Assembly (NCBI GenBank): GCA_964016885.1 | Contig: OZ024741.1 | Location: 22,506,001 to 22,570,000 of the forward strand | From: Eledone cirrhosa | Taxonomy: Eukaryota | DNA length: 64,000 bases | Reading direction: 5' to 3' | Shown: positions 1 to 15,000 of the stretch, piece by piece | Layout of the letters: the number at the start of each line of letters is the position of its first letter | Numbering within the stretch: position 1 is the first letter of the stretch | The notes under the pieces: model-generated | Told to the model about the DNA's origin: nothing | Seen by the model: only the letters and a program-made list of their open reading frames with translations | The model's database searches: none | Program-made: the position numbers and the translations under genes

Positions 1-3000
1 GATCACATGTAACCTTGATCTCTTCTCCTGTAACTGCTAAGGATCACATGTAACCTTGATCTCTTCCCCTGTAACTGCTAAGGACCACATGTAACCTTGA
101 TCTCTTCTCCTGTAACTGCTAAGGACCACATGTAACCTTGATCTCTTCCCCTGTAACTGCTAAGGACCACATGTAACCTTGATCTCTTCCCCTGTAACTG
201 CTAAGGATCACATGTAACCTTGATCTCTCCCCCTGTAACTGCTAAGGATCACATGTAACCTTGATCTCTTCTCCTCTAACTGCTAAGGATCACATATAAC
301 CTTGATCTCTTCTCCTGTAACTGCTAAGGACCACATGTAACCTTGATCTCTCCCCCTGTAACTGCTAAGGATCACATGTAACCTTGATCTCTTCTCCTGT
401 AACTGCTAAGGACCACAAGTAACCTTGATCTCTCCCCCTGTAACTGCTAAGGATCACATGTAACCTTGATCTCTTCTCCTGTAACTGCTAAGGACCACAT
501 GTAACCTTGATCTCTCCCCCTGTAACTGCTAAGGATCACATGTAACCTTGATCTCTTCTCCTGTAACTGCTAAGGATCACATGTAACCTTGATCTCTTCT
601 CCTGTAACTGCTAAGGACCACATGTAACCTTGATCTCTCCCCCTGTAACTGCTAAGGATCACATGTAACCTTGATCTCTTCTCCTGTAACTGCTAGGGAT
701 CACATGTAACCTTGATCTCTTCTCCTGTAACTGCTAAGGACCACATGTAACCTTGATCTCTCCCCCTGTAACTGCTAAGGATCACATGTAACCTTGATCT
801 CTTCTCCTGTAACTGCTAAGGATCACATGTAACCTTGATCTCTTCCCCTGTAACTGCTAAGAACCACATGTAACCTTGATCTCTTCTCCTGTAACTGCTA
901 AGGATCACATGTAACCTTGATCTCTTCTCCTGTAACTGCTAAGGATCACATATAACCTTGATCTCTTCTCCTGTAACTGCTAAGGACCACATGTAACCTT
1001 GATCTCTCCCCCTGTAACTGCTAAGGATCACATGTAACCTTGATCTCTTCTCCTGTAACTGCTAAGGATCACATGTAACCTTGATCTCTTCTCCTGTAAC
1101 TGCTAAGGACCACATGTAACCTTGATCTCTCCCCCTGTAACTGCTAAGGATCACATGTAACCTTGATCTCTTCTCCTGTAACTGCTAAGGATCACATGTA
1201 ACCTTGATCTCTTCCCCTGTAACTGCTAAGAACCACATGTAACCTTGATCTCTTCTCCTGTAACTGCTAAGGATCACATGTAACCTTGATCTCTTCTCCT
1301 GTAACTGCTAAGGATCACATGTAACCTTGATCTCTTCTCCTGTAACTGCTAAGGACCACATGTAACCTTGATCTCTTCCCCTGTAACTGCTAAGGATCAC
1401 ATGTAACCTTGATCTGTTCCCCTGTAACTGCTAAGGACCACATGTAACCTTGATCTCTTCTCCTGTAACTGCTAAGGACCACATGTAACCTTGATCTCTC
1501 CCCCTGTAACTGCTAAGGATCACATGTAACCTTGATCTCTCCCCCTGTAACTGCTAAGGATCAAATGTAACATTGATCTCTTCTCCTTAACTGCTAAGGA
1601 TCACATGTAACCTTGATCTCTTCTCCTGTAACTGCTAAGGACCACATGTAACCTTGATCTCTTCCCCTGTAACTGCTAAGGACCACATGTAACCTTGATC
1701 TCTTCTCATGTAACTGCTAAGGACCATATGTAACCTTGATCTCTTCCCTTGTAACTGCTAAGGACCACATGAAACCTTGATCTCTTCTCCTGTAACTGCT
1801 AAGGACCACATGTAACCTTGATCTCTTCTCCTGTAACTGCTAAGGATCACATGTAACCTTGATCTCTTCCCCTGTAACTGCTCAGGACCACATGTAACCT
1901 TGATCTCTCCGCCTGTAACTGCTAAGGACCACATGAAACCTTGATCTCTTCTCCTGTAACTGCTCAGGACCACATGTAACCTTGATCTCTTCCCCTGTAA
2001 CTGCTCAGGACCACATGTAACCTTGATCTCTTCCCCTGTAACTGCTCAGGACCACATGTAACCTTGATCTCTTCCCCTGTAACTGCTAAGGACCACATGT
2101 AACCTTGATCTCTTCCCCTGTAACTGCTCAGGACCACATGTAACCTTGATCTCTTCTCATGTAACTGCTAAGGACCACATGTAACCTTGATCTCTCCCCC
2201 TGTAACTGCTAAGGATCACATGTAACCTTGATCTCTTCCCCTGTAACTGCCAGGGTCCAATGTAACCTTGATCTCTTCCCCTGTAACTGCTAAGGACGAC
2301 ATGTAACTTTGATCTCTTCCCCTGTAACTGCTCAGGACCACATGTAACCTTGATCTCTTCCCCTGTAACTGCTCAGGACCACATGTAACCTTGATATCTT
2401 CCCCTGTAACTGCTAAGGATCACATGTAACCTTGATCTCTCCCCCTGTAACTGCTAAGGATCACATGTAACCTTGATCTGTCCCCCTGTAACTGCTAAGG
2501 ATCACATGTAACCTTGATCTCTTCCCCTGTAACTGCTAAGGACCACATGTAACCTTGATCTCTTCCCCTGTAACTGCTAAGGATCACAGGTAACCTTGAT
2601 CTCTTCCCCTGTAACTGCTCAGGATCACATGTAACCTTGATCTCTTCCCCTGTAACTGCTAAGGACCACATGTAACCTTGATCTCCTCCCCTGTAACTGC
2701 TAAGGATCACATGTAACCTTGATCTCTTCCCCTGTAACTGCTCAGGATCACATGTAACCTTGATCTCTTCCCCTGTAACTGCTAAGGATCACATGTAACC
2801 TTGATCTCTCTCCCTGTAACTGCTCAGGACCACATGTAACCTTGATCTCTTCCCCTGTAACTGCTAAGGATCACATGTAACCTTGATCTCTTCCCCTGTA
2901 ACTGCTAAGGATCACATGTCACCTTGATCTCTTCTCCTGTAACTGCAAAGGATCACATGTAACCGTGATCTCTTCCCCTGTAAGTGCTAAGGATCACATG

Positions 3001-6000
3001 TAACCTTGATCTCTCCCCTGTAACTGCTAAGGACCACATGTAACCTTGATCTCTTCCCCTGTAACTGCTAAGGAACACATGTAACCTTGATCTCTTCTCC
3101 TGTAACTGCTAAGGACCACATGTAACCTTGATCTCTTCCCCTGTAACTGCTAAGGACCACATGTAACCTTGATCTCTTCTCCTGTAACTGATAAGGATCA
3201 CATATAACCTTGATCTCTTCTCCTGTAACTGCTAAGGACCACATGTAACCTTGATCTCTGCCCCTGTAACTGCTAAGGATCACATGTAACCTTGATCTCT
3301 TCTCCTGTAACTGCTAAGGATCACATGTAACCTTGATCTCTTCTCCTGTAACTGCTAAGGACCACATGTAACCTTGATCTCTCCCCCTGTAACTGCTAAG
3401 GATCACATGTAACCTTGATCTCTTCTCCTGTAACTGCTAGGGATCACATGTAACCTTGATCTCTTCTCCTGTAACTGCTAAGGACCACATGTAACCTTGA
3501 TCTCTCCCCCTGTAACTGCTAAGGATCACATGTAACCTTGATCTCTTCTCCTGTAACTGCTAAGGATCACATGTAACCTTGATCTCTTCCCCTGTAACTG
3601 CTAAGAACCACATGTAACCTTGATCTCTTCTCCTGTAACTGCTAAGGATCACATGTAACCTTGATCTCTTCTCCTGTAACTGCTAAGGATCACATATAAC
3701 CTTGATCTCTTCTCCTGTAACTGCTAAGGACCACATGTAACCTTGATCTCTCCCCCTGTAACTGCTAAGGATCACATGTAACCTTGATCTCTTCTCCTGT
3801 AACTGCTAAGGATCACATGTAACCTTGATCTCTTCTCCTGTAACTGCTAAGGACCACATGTAACCTTGATCTCTCCCCCTGTAACTGCTAAGGATCACAT
3901 GTAACCTTGATCTCTTCTCCTGTAACTGCTAAGGATCACATGTAACCTTGATCTCTTCCCCTGTAACTGCTAAGAACCACATGTAACCTTGATCTCTTCT
4001 CCTGTAACTGCTAAGGATCACATGTAACCTTGATCTCTTCTCCTGTAACTGCTAAGGATCAAATGTAACATTGATCTCTTCTCCTTAACTGCTAAGGATC
4101 ACATGTAACCTTGATCTCTTCTCCTGTAACTGCTAAGGACCACATGTAACCTTGATCTCTTCCCCTGTAACTGCTAAGGACCACATGTAACCTTGATCTC
4201 TTCTCATGTAACTGCTAAGGACCATATGTAACCTTGATCTCTTCCCTTGTAACTGCTAAGGACCACATGAAACCTTGATCTCTTCTCCTGTAACTGCTAA
4301 GGACCACATGTAACCTTGATCTCTTCTCCTGTAACTGCTAAGGATCACATGTAACCTTGATCTCTTCCCCTGTAACTGCTCAGGACCACATGTAACCTTG
4401 ATCTCTCCGCCTGTAACTGCTAAGGACCACATGAAACCTTGATCTCTTCTCCTGTAACTGCTCAGGACCACATGTAACCTTGATCTCTTCCCCTGTAACT
4501 GCTCAGGACCACATGTAACCTTGATCTCTTCCCCTGTAACTGCTCAGGACCACATGTAACCTTGATCTCTTCCCCTGTAACTGCTAAGGACCACATGTAA
4601 CCTTGATCTCTTCCCCTGTAACTGCTCAGGACCACATGTAACCTTGATCTCTTCTCATGTAACTGCTAAGGACCACATGTAACCTTGATCTCTCCCCCTG
4701 TAACTGCTAAGGATCACATGTAACCTTGATCTCTTCCCCTGTAACTGCCAGGGTCCAATGTAACCTTGATCTCTTCCCCTGTAACTGCTAAGGACGACAT
4801 GTAACTTTGATCTCTTCCCCTGTAACTGCTCAGGACCACATGTAACCTTGATCTCTTCCCCTGTAACTGCTCAGGACCACATGTAACCTTGATATCTTCC
4901 CCTGTAACTGCTAAGGATCACATGTAACCTTGATCTCTCCCCCTGTAACTGCTAAGGATCACATGTAACCTTGATCTGTCCCCCTGTAACTGCTAAGGAT
5001 CACATGTAACCTTGATCTCTTCCCCTGTAACTGCTAAGGACCACATGTAACCTTGATCTCTTCCCCTGTAACTGCTAAGGATCACAGGTAACCTTGATCT
5101 CTTCCCCTGTAACTGCTCAGGATCACATGTAACCTTGATCTCTTCCCCTGTAACTGCTAAGGACCACATGTAACCTTGATCTCCTCCCCTGTAACTGCTA
5201 AGGATCACATGTAACCTTGATCTCTTCCCCTGTAACTGCTCAGGATCACATGTAACCTTGATCTCTTCCCCTGTAACTGCTAAGGATCACATGTAACCTT
5301 GATCTCTCTCCCTGTAACTGCTCAGGACCACATGTAACCTTGATCTCTTCCCCTGTAACTGCTAAGGATCACATGTAACCTTGATCTCTTCCCCTGTAAC
5401 TGCTAAGGATCACATGTCACCTTGATCTCTTCTCCTGTAACTGCAAAGGATCACATGTAACCGTGATCTCTTCCCCTGTAAGTGCTAAGGATCACATGTA
5501 ACCTTGATCTCTCCCCTGTAACTGCTAAGGACCACATGTAACCTTGATCTCTTCCCCTGTAACTGCTAAGGAACACATGTAACCTTGATCTCTTCTCCTG
5601 TAACTGCTAAGGACCACATGTAACCTTGATCTCTTCCCCTGTAACTGCTAAGGACCACATGTAACCTTGATCTCTTCTCCTGTAACTGATAAGGATCACA
5701 TATAACCTTGATCTCTTCTCCTGTAACTGCTAAGGACCACATGTAACCTTGATCTCTGCCCCTGTAACTGCTAAGGATCACATGTAACCTTGATCTCTTC
5801 TCCTGTAACTGCTAAGGATCACATGTAACCTTGATCTCTTCTCCTGTAACTGCTAAGGACCACATGTAACCTTGATCTCTCCCCCTGTAACTGCTAAGGA
5901 TCACATGTAACCTTGATCTCTTCTCCTGTAACTGCTAGGGATCACATGTAACCTTGATCTCTTCTCCTGTAACTGCTAAGGACCACATGTAACCTTGATC

Positions 6001-9000
6001 TCTCCCCCTGTAACTGCTAAGGATCACATGTAACCTTGATCTCTTCTCCTGTAACTGCTAAGGATCACATGTAACCTTGATCTCTTCCCCTGTAACTGCT
6101 AAGAACCACATGTAACCTTGATCTCTTCTCCTGTAACTGCTAAGGATCACATGTAACCTTGATCTCTTCTCCTGTAACTGCTAAGGATCACATATAACCT
6201 TGATCTCTTCTCCTGTAACTGCTAAGGACCACATGTAACCTTGATCTCTCCCCCTGTAACTGCTAAGGATCACATGTAACCTTGATCTCTTCTCCTGTAA
6301 CTGCTAAGGATCACATGTAACCTTGATCTCTTCTCCTGTAACTGCTAAGGACCACATGTAACCTTGATCTCTCCCCCTGTAACTGCTAAGGATCACATGT
6401 AACCTTGATCTCTTCTCCTGTAACTGCTAAGGATCACATGTAACCTTGATCTCTTCCCCTGTAACTGCTAAGAACCACACGTAACCTTGATCTCTTCTCC
6501 TGTAACTGCTAAGGATCACATGTAACCTTGATCTCTTCTCCTGTAACTGCTAAGGATCACATGTAACCTTGATCTCTTCTCCTGTAACTGCTAAGGACCA
6601 CATGTAACCTTGATCTCTTCCCCTGTAACTGCTAAGGACCACATGTAACCTTGATCTCTTCTCCTGTAACTGATAAGGATCACATATAACCTTGATCTCT
6701 TCTCCTGTAACTGCTAAGGACCACATGTAACCTTGATCTCTGCCCCTGTAACTGCTAAGGATCACATGTAACCTTGATCTCTTCTCCTGTAACTGCTAAG
6801 GATCACATGTAACCTTGATCTCTTCTCCTGTAACTGCTAAGGACCACATGTAACCTTGATCTCTCCCCCTGTAACTGCTAAGGATCACATGTAACCTTGA
6901 TCTCTTCTCCTGTAACTGCTAGGGATCACATGTAACCTTGATCTCTTCTCCTGTAACTGCTAAGGACCACATGTAACCTTGATCTCTCCCCCTGTAACTG
7001 CTAAGGATCACATGTAACCTTGATCTCTTCTCCTGTAACTGCTAAGGATCACATGTAACCTTGATCTCTTCCCCTGTAACTGCTAAGAACCACATGTAAC
7101 CTTGATCTCTTCTCCTGTAACTGCTAAGGATCACATGTAACCTTGATCTCTTCTCCTGTAACTGCTAAGGATCACATATAACCTTGATCTCTTCTCCTGT
7201 AACTGCTAAGGACCACATGTAACCTTGATCTCTCCCCCTGTAACTGCTAAGGATCACATGTAACCTTGATCTCTTCTCCTGTAACTGCTAAGGATCACAT
7301 GTAACCTTGATCTCTTCTCCTGTAACTGCTAAGGACCACATGTAACCTTGATCTCTCCCCCTGTAACTGCTAAGGATCACATGTAACCTTGATCTCTTCT
7401 CCTGTAACTGCTAAGGATCACATGTAACCTTGATCTCTTCCCCTGTAACTGCTAAGAACCACATGTAACCTTGATCTCTTCTCCTGTAACTGCTAAGGAT
7501 CACATGTAACCTTGATCTCTTCTCCTGTAACTGCTAAGGATCACATGTAACCTTGATCTCTTCTCCTGTAACTGCTAAGGACCACATGTAACCTTGATCT
7601 CTTCCCCTGTAACTGCTAAGGATCACATGTAACCTTGATCTGTTCCCCTGTAACTGCTAAGGACCACATGTAACCTTGATCTCTTCTCCTGTAACTGCTA
7701 AGGACCACATGTAACCTTGATCTCTCCCCCTGTAACTGCTAAGGATCACATGTAACCTTGATCTCTCCCCCTGTAACTGCTAAGGATCAAATGTAACATT
7801 GATCTCTTCTCCTTAACTGCTAAGGATCACATGTAACCTTGATCTCTTCTCCTGTAACTGCTAAGGACCACATGTAACCTTGATCTCTTCCCCTGTAACT
7901 GCTAAGGACCACATGTAACCTTGATCTCTTCTCATGTAACTGCTAAGGACCACATCAAATGTTGATCTCTTCTCGTGTAACTGCTAAGGACCACATGTAA
8001 CCTTGATCTCTTCCCCTGTAACTGCTAAGGATCACATGTAACCTTGATCTCTTCCCCTGTAACTGCTAAGGATCACATGTAACCATGATCTCTTCCCCTG
8101 TAACTGCTAAGGACCACATGTAACCTTGATCTCTTCCCCTGTAAATGCCAGGGTCCAATGTAACCTTGATCTCTTCCCCTGTAACTGCTAAGGACCACAT
8201 GTAACCTTGATCTCTTCCCCTGTAACTGCTCAGGACCACATGTAACCTTGATCTCTTCCCCTGTAACTGCTCAGGACCACATGTAACCTTGATATCTTCC
8301 CATGTAACTGCTAAGGACCACATGTAACGTTGATCTCTTCCTCTGTAACTGCTCAGGACCACATGTAACCTTGATATCTTCCCCTGTAACTGCTAAGGAC
8401 CACATGTAACCTTGATCTCTCCCCCTGTAACTGCTAAGGATCACATGTAACCTTGATATCTTCCCCTGTAACTGCTAAGGACCAAATGAAACCTTGATCT
8501 CTTCCCCCGTAACTGCTCAGGACCACATGTAACCTTGATCTCTTCCCCCGTAACTGCTAAGGATCACATGTAACCTTGATCTCTTCCCCTGTAACTGCTC
8601 AGGATCACATGTAACCTTGATCTCTTCCCCTGTAACTGCTAAGGATCACATGTAACCTTGATCTCTCCACCTGTAACTGCTCAGGACCACATGTAACCTT
8701 GATCTCTTCCCCTGTAACTGCTAAGGATCACATGTAACCTTGATCTCTCCCCCTGTAACTGCTCAGGACCACATGTAACCTTGATCTCTTCCCCTGTAAC
8801 TGCTAAGGATCACATGTAACCTTGATCTCTTCCCCTGTAACTGCTCAGGACCACATGTAACCTTGATCTCTCCCCCTGTAACTGCTCAGGACCACATGTA
8901 ACCTTGATCTCTTCCCCTGTAACTGCTCAGGACCACATTTAACCTTGACCTCTTCCCCTGTAAGTGCTAAGGATCACATGTAACCTTGATCTCTTCCCCT

Positions 9001-12000
9001 GTAACTGCTCAGGACCACATGTAACCTTGATCTCTTCCCCTGTAACTGCTCAGGATCACATGTAACCTTGATCTCTTCCCCTGTAACTGCTCAGGACCAC
9101 ATGTAACCTTGATCTCTCCCCCTGTAACTGCTCAGGACCACATGTAACCTTGATCTCTCCCCCTGTAACTGCTCAGGACCACATGTAACCTTGATCTCTT
9201 CCCCTGTAACTGCTAAGGATCACATGTAACCTTGATCTCTTCCCCTGTAACTGCTCAGGACCACATGTAACCTTGATCTCTCCCCCTGTAACTGCTCAGG
9301 ACCACATGTAACCTTGATCTCTTCCCCTGTAACTGCTAAGGATCACATGTAACCTTGATCTCTTCCCCTGTAACTGCTCAGGACCACATGTAACCTTGAT
9401 CTCTTCCCCTGTAACTGCTCAGGACCACATGTAACCTTGATCTCTTCCCCTGTAACTGCTAAGGATCACATGTAACCTTGATCTCTCTCCCTGTAACTGC
9501 TCAGGACCACATGTAACCTTGATCTCTTCCCCTGTAACTGCTAAGGATCACATGTAACCTTGATCTCTTCCCCTGTAACTGCTAAGGACCACATGTAACC
9601 TTGATCTCTTCTCCTGTAACTGCGAAGGATCACATGTAACCGTGATCTCTTCCCCTGTAAGTGCTAAGGATCACATGTAACCTTGATCTCTCCCCTGTAA
9701 CTGCTAAGGACCACATGTAACCTTGATCTCTTCCCCTGTAACTGCTAAGGATCACATGTAACCTTGATCTCTTCTCCTGTAACTGCTAAGGACCACATGT
9801 AACCTTGATCTCTTCTCCTGTAACTGCTAAGGATCACATGTAACCTTGATCTCTCCCCCTGTAACTGCTAAGGATCACATGTAACCTTGATCTCTTCTCC
9901 TGTAACTGCTAAGGATCACATGTAACCTTGATCTCTTCCCCTGTAACTGCTAAGGACCACATGTAACCTTGATCTCTTCCCCTGTAACTGCCAGGGTCCA
10001 ATGTAACCTTGATCTCTTCCCCTGTAACTGCCCAGGACCACATGTAACCTTGATCTCTCCCCCTGTAACTGCTAAGGACCACATGTAACCTTGATCTCTT
10101 CCCCTGTAACTGCTCAGGACCACATGTAACCTTGATATCTTCCCCTGTAACTGCTCAGGACCACATGTAACCTTGATATCTTCCCCTGTAACTGCTAAGG
10201 ACCACATGTAACGTTGATCTCTTCCTCTGTAACTGCTCAGGACCACATGTAACCTTGATATCTTCCCCTGTAACTGCTAAGGACCACATGTAACCTTGAT
10301 CTCTCCCCCTGTAACTGCTAAGGATCACATGTAACCTTGATATCTTCCCCTGTAACTGCTAAGGACCAAATGAAACCTTGATGTCTTCCCCCGTAACTGC
10401 TCAGGACCACATGTAACCTTGATCTCTTCCCCCGTAACTGCTAAGGATCACATGTAACCTTGATCTCTTCCCCTGTAACTGCTCAGGATCACATGTAACC
10501 TTGATCTCTTCCCCTGTAACTGCTAAGGATCACATGTAACCTTGATCTCTCCACCTGTAACTGCTCAGGACCACATGTAACCTTGATCTCTTCCCCTGTA
10601 ACTGCTAAGGATCACATGTAACCTTGATCTCTCCCCCTGTAAGTGCTAAGGATCACATGTAACCTTGATCTCTTCCCCTGTAACTGCTCAGGACCACATG
10701 TAACCTTGATCTCTTCCCCTGTAACTGCTCAGGATCACATGTAACCTTGATCTCTTCCCCTGTAACTGCTCAGGACCACATGTAACCTTGATCTCTCCCC
10801 CTGTAACTGCTCAGGACCACATGTAACCTTGATCTCTCCCCCTGTAACTGCTCAGGACCACATGTAACCTTGATCTCTTCCCCTGTAACTGCTAAGGATC
10901 ACATGTAACCTTGATCTCTTCCCCTGTAACTGCTCAGGACCACATGTAACCTTGATCTCTCCCCCTGTAACTGCTCAGGACCACATGTAACCTTGATCTC
11001 TTCCCCTGTAACTGCTAAGGATCACATGTAACCTTGATCTCTTCCCCTGTAACTGCTCAGGACCACATGTAACCTTGATCTCTTCCCCTGTAACTGCTCA
11101 GGACCACATGTAACCTTGATCTCTTCCCCTGTAACTGCTCAGGACCACATGTAACCTTGATCTCTTCCCCAGTAACTGCTAAGGATCACATGTAACCTTG
11201 ATCTCTTCCCCTGTAACTGCTAAGGATCACATGTCACCTTGATCTCTTCTCCTGTAACTGCGAAGGATCACATGTAACCGTGATCTCTTCCCCTGTAAGT
11301 GCTAAGGATCACATGTAACCTTGATCTCTCCCCTGTAACTGCTAAGGACCACATGTAACCTTGATCTCTTCCCCTGTAACTGCTAAGGATAACATGTAAC
11401 CTTGATCTCTTCTCCTGTAACTGCTAAGGACCACATGTAACCTTGATCTCTTCCCCTGTAACTGCTAAGGATCACATGTAACCTTGATCTCTTCTCCTGT
11501 AACTGCTAAGGACCACATGTAACCTTGATCTCTTCTCCTGTAACTGCTAAGGATCACATGTAACCTTGATCTCTCCCCCTGTAACTGCTAAGGATCACAT
11601 GTAACCTTGATCTCTTCTCCTGTAACTGCTAAGGACCACATGTAACCTTGATCTCTCCCCTGTAACTGCTAAGGATCAAATGTAACGTTGATCTCTTCTC
11701 CTTATCTGCTAAGGATCACATGTAACCTTGATCTCTTCTCATGTAACTGCTAAGGACCACATGTAACCTTGATCGCTTCCCCTTTAACTGCTAAGGACCA
11801 CATGAAAGCTTGATCTCTTCTCCTGTAACTGCTAAGGACCACATGTAACCTTGATCTCTTCCCCTGTAACTGCTAAGGACCACATGTAACCTTGATCTCT
11901 TCCCCTGTAACTGCTAAGGATCACATGTAACCTTGATCTCTTCCCCTGTAACTGCTCAGGACCACATGTAACCTTGATCTCTTCCCCTGTAACTGCTAAG

Positions 12001-15000
12001 GATCACATGTAACCTTGATCTCTTCTGCTGTAACTACTAAGGACCACATGTAACCTTGATCTCTTCCCCTGTAACTGCTAAGGATCACATGTAACCGTGA
12101 TCTCTTCCCCTGTAACTGCTAAGGACCACATGTAACCTTGATCTCTTCTCCTGTAACTGCTAAGGATCAAATGTAACGGTGATCTCTTCTCCTTATCTGC
12201 TAAGGATCACATGTAACCTTGATCTCTTCTCATGTAACTGCTAAGGACCACATGTAACCTTGATCGCTTCCCCTTTAACTGCTAAGGACCACATGAAAGC
12301 TTGATCTCTTCTCCTGTAACTGCTAAGGACCACATGTAACCTTGATCTCTTCTCCTGTAACTGCTAAGGATCACATGTAACCTTGATCTCTTCCCCTGTA
12401 ACTGCTCAGGACCACATGTAACCTTCATCTCTCCCCCTGTAACTGCTAAGGACCACATGAAACCTTGATCTCTTCTCCTGTAAATGCTCAGGACCACATG
12501 TAACCTTGATCTCTTCCCCTGTAACTGCTCAGGACCACATGTAACCTTGATCTCTTCCCCTGTAACTGCTAAGGAGCACATGTAACCTTGATCTCTTCCC
12601 CTGTAACTGCTCAGGACCACATGTAACCTTGATCTCTTCTCATGTAACTGCTAAGGACCACATGTAACCTTGATCTCTCCCCCTGTAACTGCTAAGGACC
12701 ACATGAAACGTTGATCTCTTCTCCTGTAACTGCTAAGGACCACATGTAACCTTGATCTCTTCCCCTGTAACTGCTAAGGATCACATGTAACCTTGATCTC
12801 TTCCCCTGTAACTGCTAAGGATCACATGTAACCTTGATCTCTTCCCCTGTAACTGCTAAGGACCACATGTAAGCTTGATCTCTTCCCCTCTAACTGCCAG
12901 GGTCCAATGTAACCTTGATCTCTTCCCCTGTAACTGCCCAGGACCACATGTAACCTTGATCTCTCCCCCTGTAACTGCTAAGGACCACATGTAACCTTGA
13001 TCTCTTCCCCTGTAACTGCTCAGGACCACATGTAACCTTGATCTCTTCCCCTGTAACTGCTCAGGACCACATGTAACCTTGATATCTTCCCCTGTAACTG
13101 CTAAGGACCACATGTAACGTTGATCTCTTCCTCTGTAACTGCTCAGGACCACATGTAACCTTTATATCTTCCCCTGTAACTGCTAAGGACCACATGTAAC
13201 CTTGATCTCTCCCCCTGTAACTGCTAAGGATCACATGTAACCTTGATATCTTCCCCTGTAACTGCTAAGGACCAAATGAAACCTTGATCTCTTCCCCCGT
13301 AACTGCTCAGGACCACATGTAACCTTGATCTCTTCCCCCGTAACTGCTAAGGATCACATGTAACCTTGATCTCTTCCCCTGTAACTGCTAAGGACCACAT
13401 GTAACCTTGTTGTCTTCCCCTGTAACTGCTAAGGATCACATGTAACCTTGATCTCTTCCCCTGTAACTGCTAAGGACCACATGTAACCTTGATCTCTTCC
13501 CCTGTAACTGCTAAGGATCACATGTAACCTTGATCTCTTCCCCTGTAACTGCTAAGGACCACATGTAACCTTGATCTCTTCTCCTGTAACTGCTAAGGAC
13601 CACATATAACCTTGATCTCTTCCCCTGTAACTGCTAAGGACCACATGTAACCTTGATCTCTTCTCCTGTAACTGCTAAGGATCACATGTAACCTTGATCT
13701 CTACTCCTGTAACTGCTAAGGATCACATGTAACCTTGATCTCTCCCCCTGTAACTGCTAAGGATCACATGTAACCTTGATCTCTTCTCCTGTAGCTGCTA
13801 AGGACCACATGTAACCTTGATCTCTCCCCCTGTAACTGCTAAGGATCACATGTAACCTTGATCTCTCCCCTGTAACTGCTAAGGACCACATGTAACCTTG
13901 ATCTCTTCCCCTGTAACTGCTAAGGATCACATGTAACCTTGATCTCTTCTCCTGTAACTGCTAAGGACCACATGTAACCTTGATCTCTTCTCCTGTAACT
14001 GCTAAGGACCACATGTAACCTTGATCTCTCCCCCTGTAACTGCTAAGGATCACATGTAACCTTGATCTCTTCTCCTGTAACTGCTAAGGATCACATGTAA
14101 CCTTGATCTCTTCTCCTGTAACTGCTAAGGACCACATGTAACCTTGATCTCTCCCCCTGTAACTGCTAAGGATCACATGTAACCTTGATCTCTTCTCCTG
14201 TAACTGCTAAGGACCACATGTAACCTTGATCTCTCCCCCTGTAACTGCTAAGGACCAAATGAAACGTTGATCTCTCCCCCTGTAACTGCTAAGGACCAAA
14301 TGAAACGTTGATCTCTCCCCCTGTAACTGCTAAGGATAACATGTAACCTTGATCTCTTCTCCTGTAACTGCTAAGGACCACATGTAACCTTGATATCTCC
14401 CCCTGTAACGGCTAAGGATCACATGTAACCTTGATCTCTTCTCCTGTAACTGCTAAGGATCACATGTAACCTTGATCTCTTCCCCTGTAACTGCTAAGGA
14501 CCACATGTATTCTTGATCTCTTCCACTGTAACTGCTAAGGATCACGTGTAACCTTGATCTCTTCCCCTGTAACTGCTAAGGACCAAATGAAACCTTGATC
14601 TCTCCCCCTGTAACTGCTAAGGATCACATGTAACCTTGATCTCTCCCCCTGTAACTGCTAAGGATCACATGTAACCTTGATCTCTTCTCCTGTAACTGCT
14701 AAGGACCACACGTAACCTTGATATCTTCCCCTGTAACTGCTAAGGATCACATGTAACCTTGATCTCACCCCTGTAACTGCTAAGGATCACATGTAACCTT
14801 GATATCTTCCCCTGTAACTGCTAAGGACCACATGTAACGTTGATCTCTTCCTCTGTAACTGCTCAGGACCACATGTAACCTTGATCTCTCCCACTGTAAC
14901 TGCTAAGGATCACATGTAACCTTGATCTCTTCCCCTGTAACTGCTCAGGACCACATGTAACCTTGATCTCTTCTCCGGTAACTGCTAAGGATCACATGTA

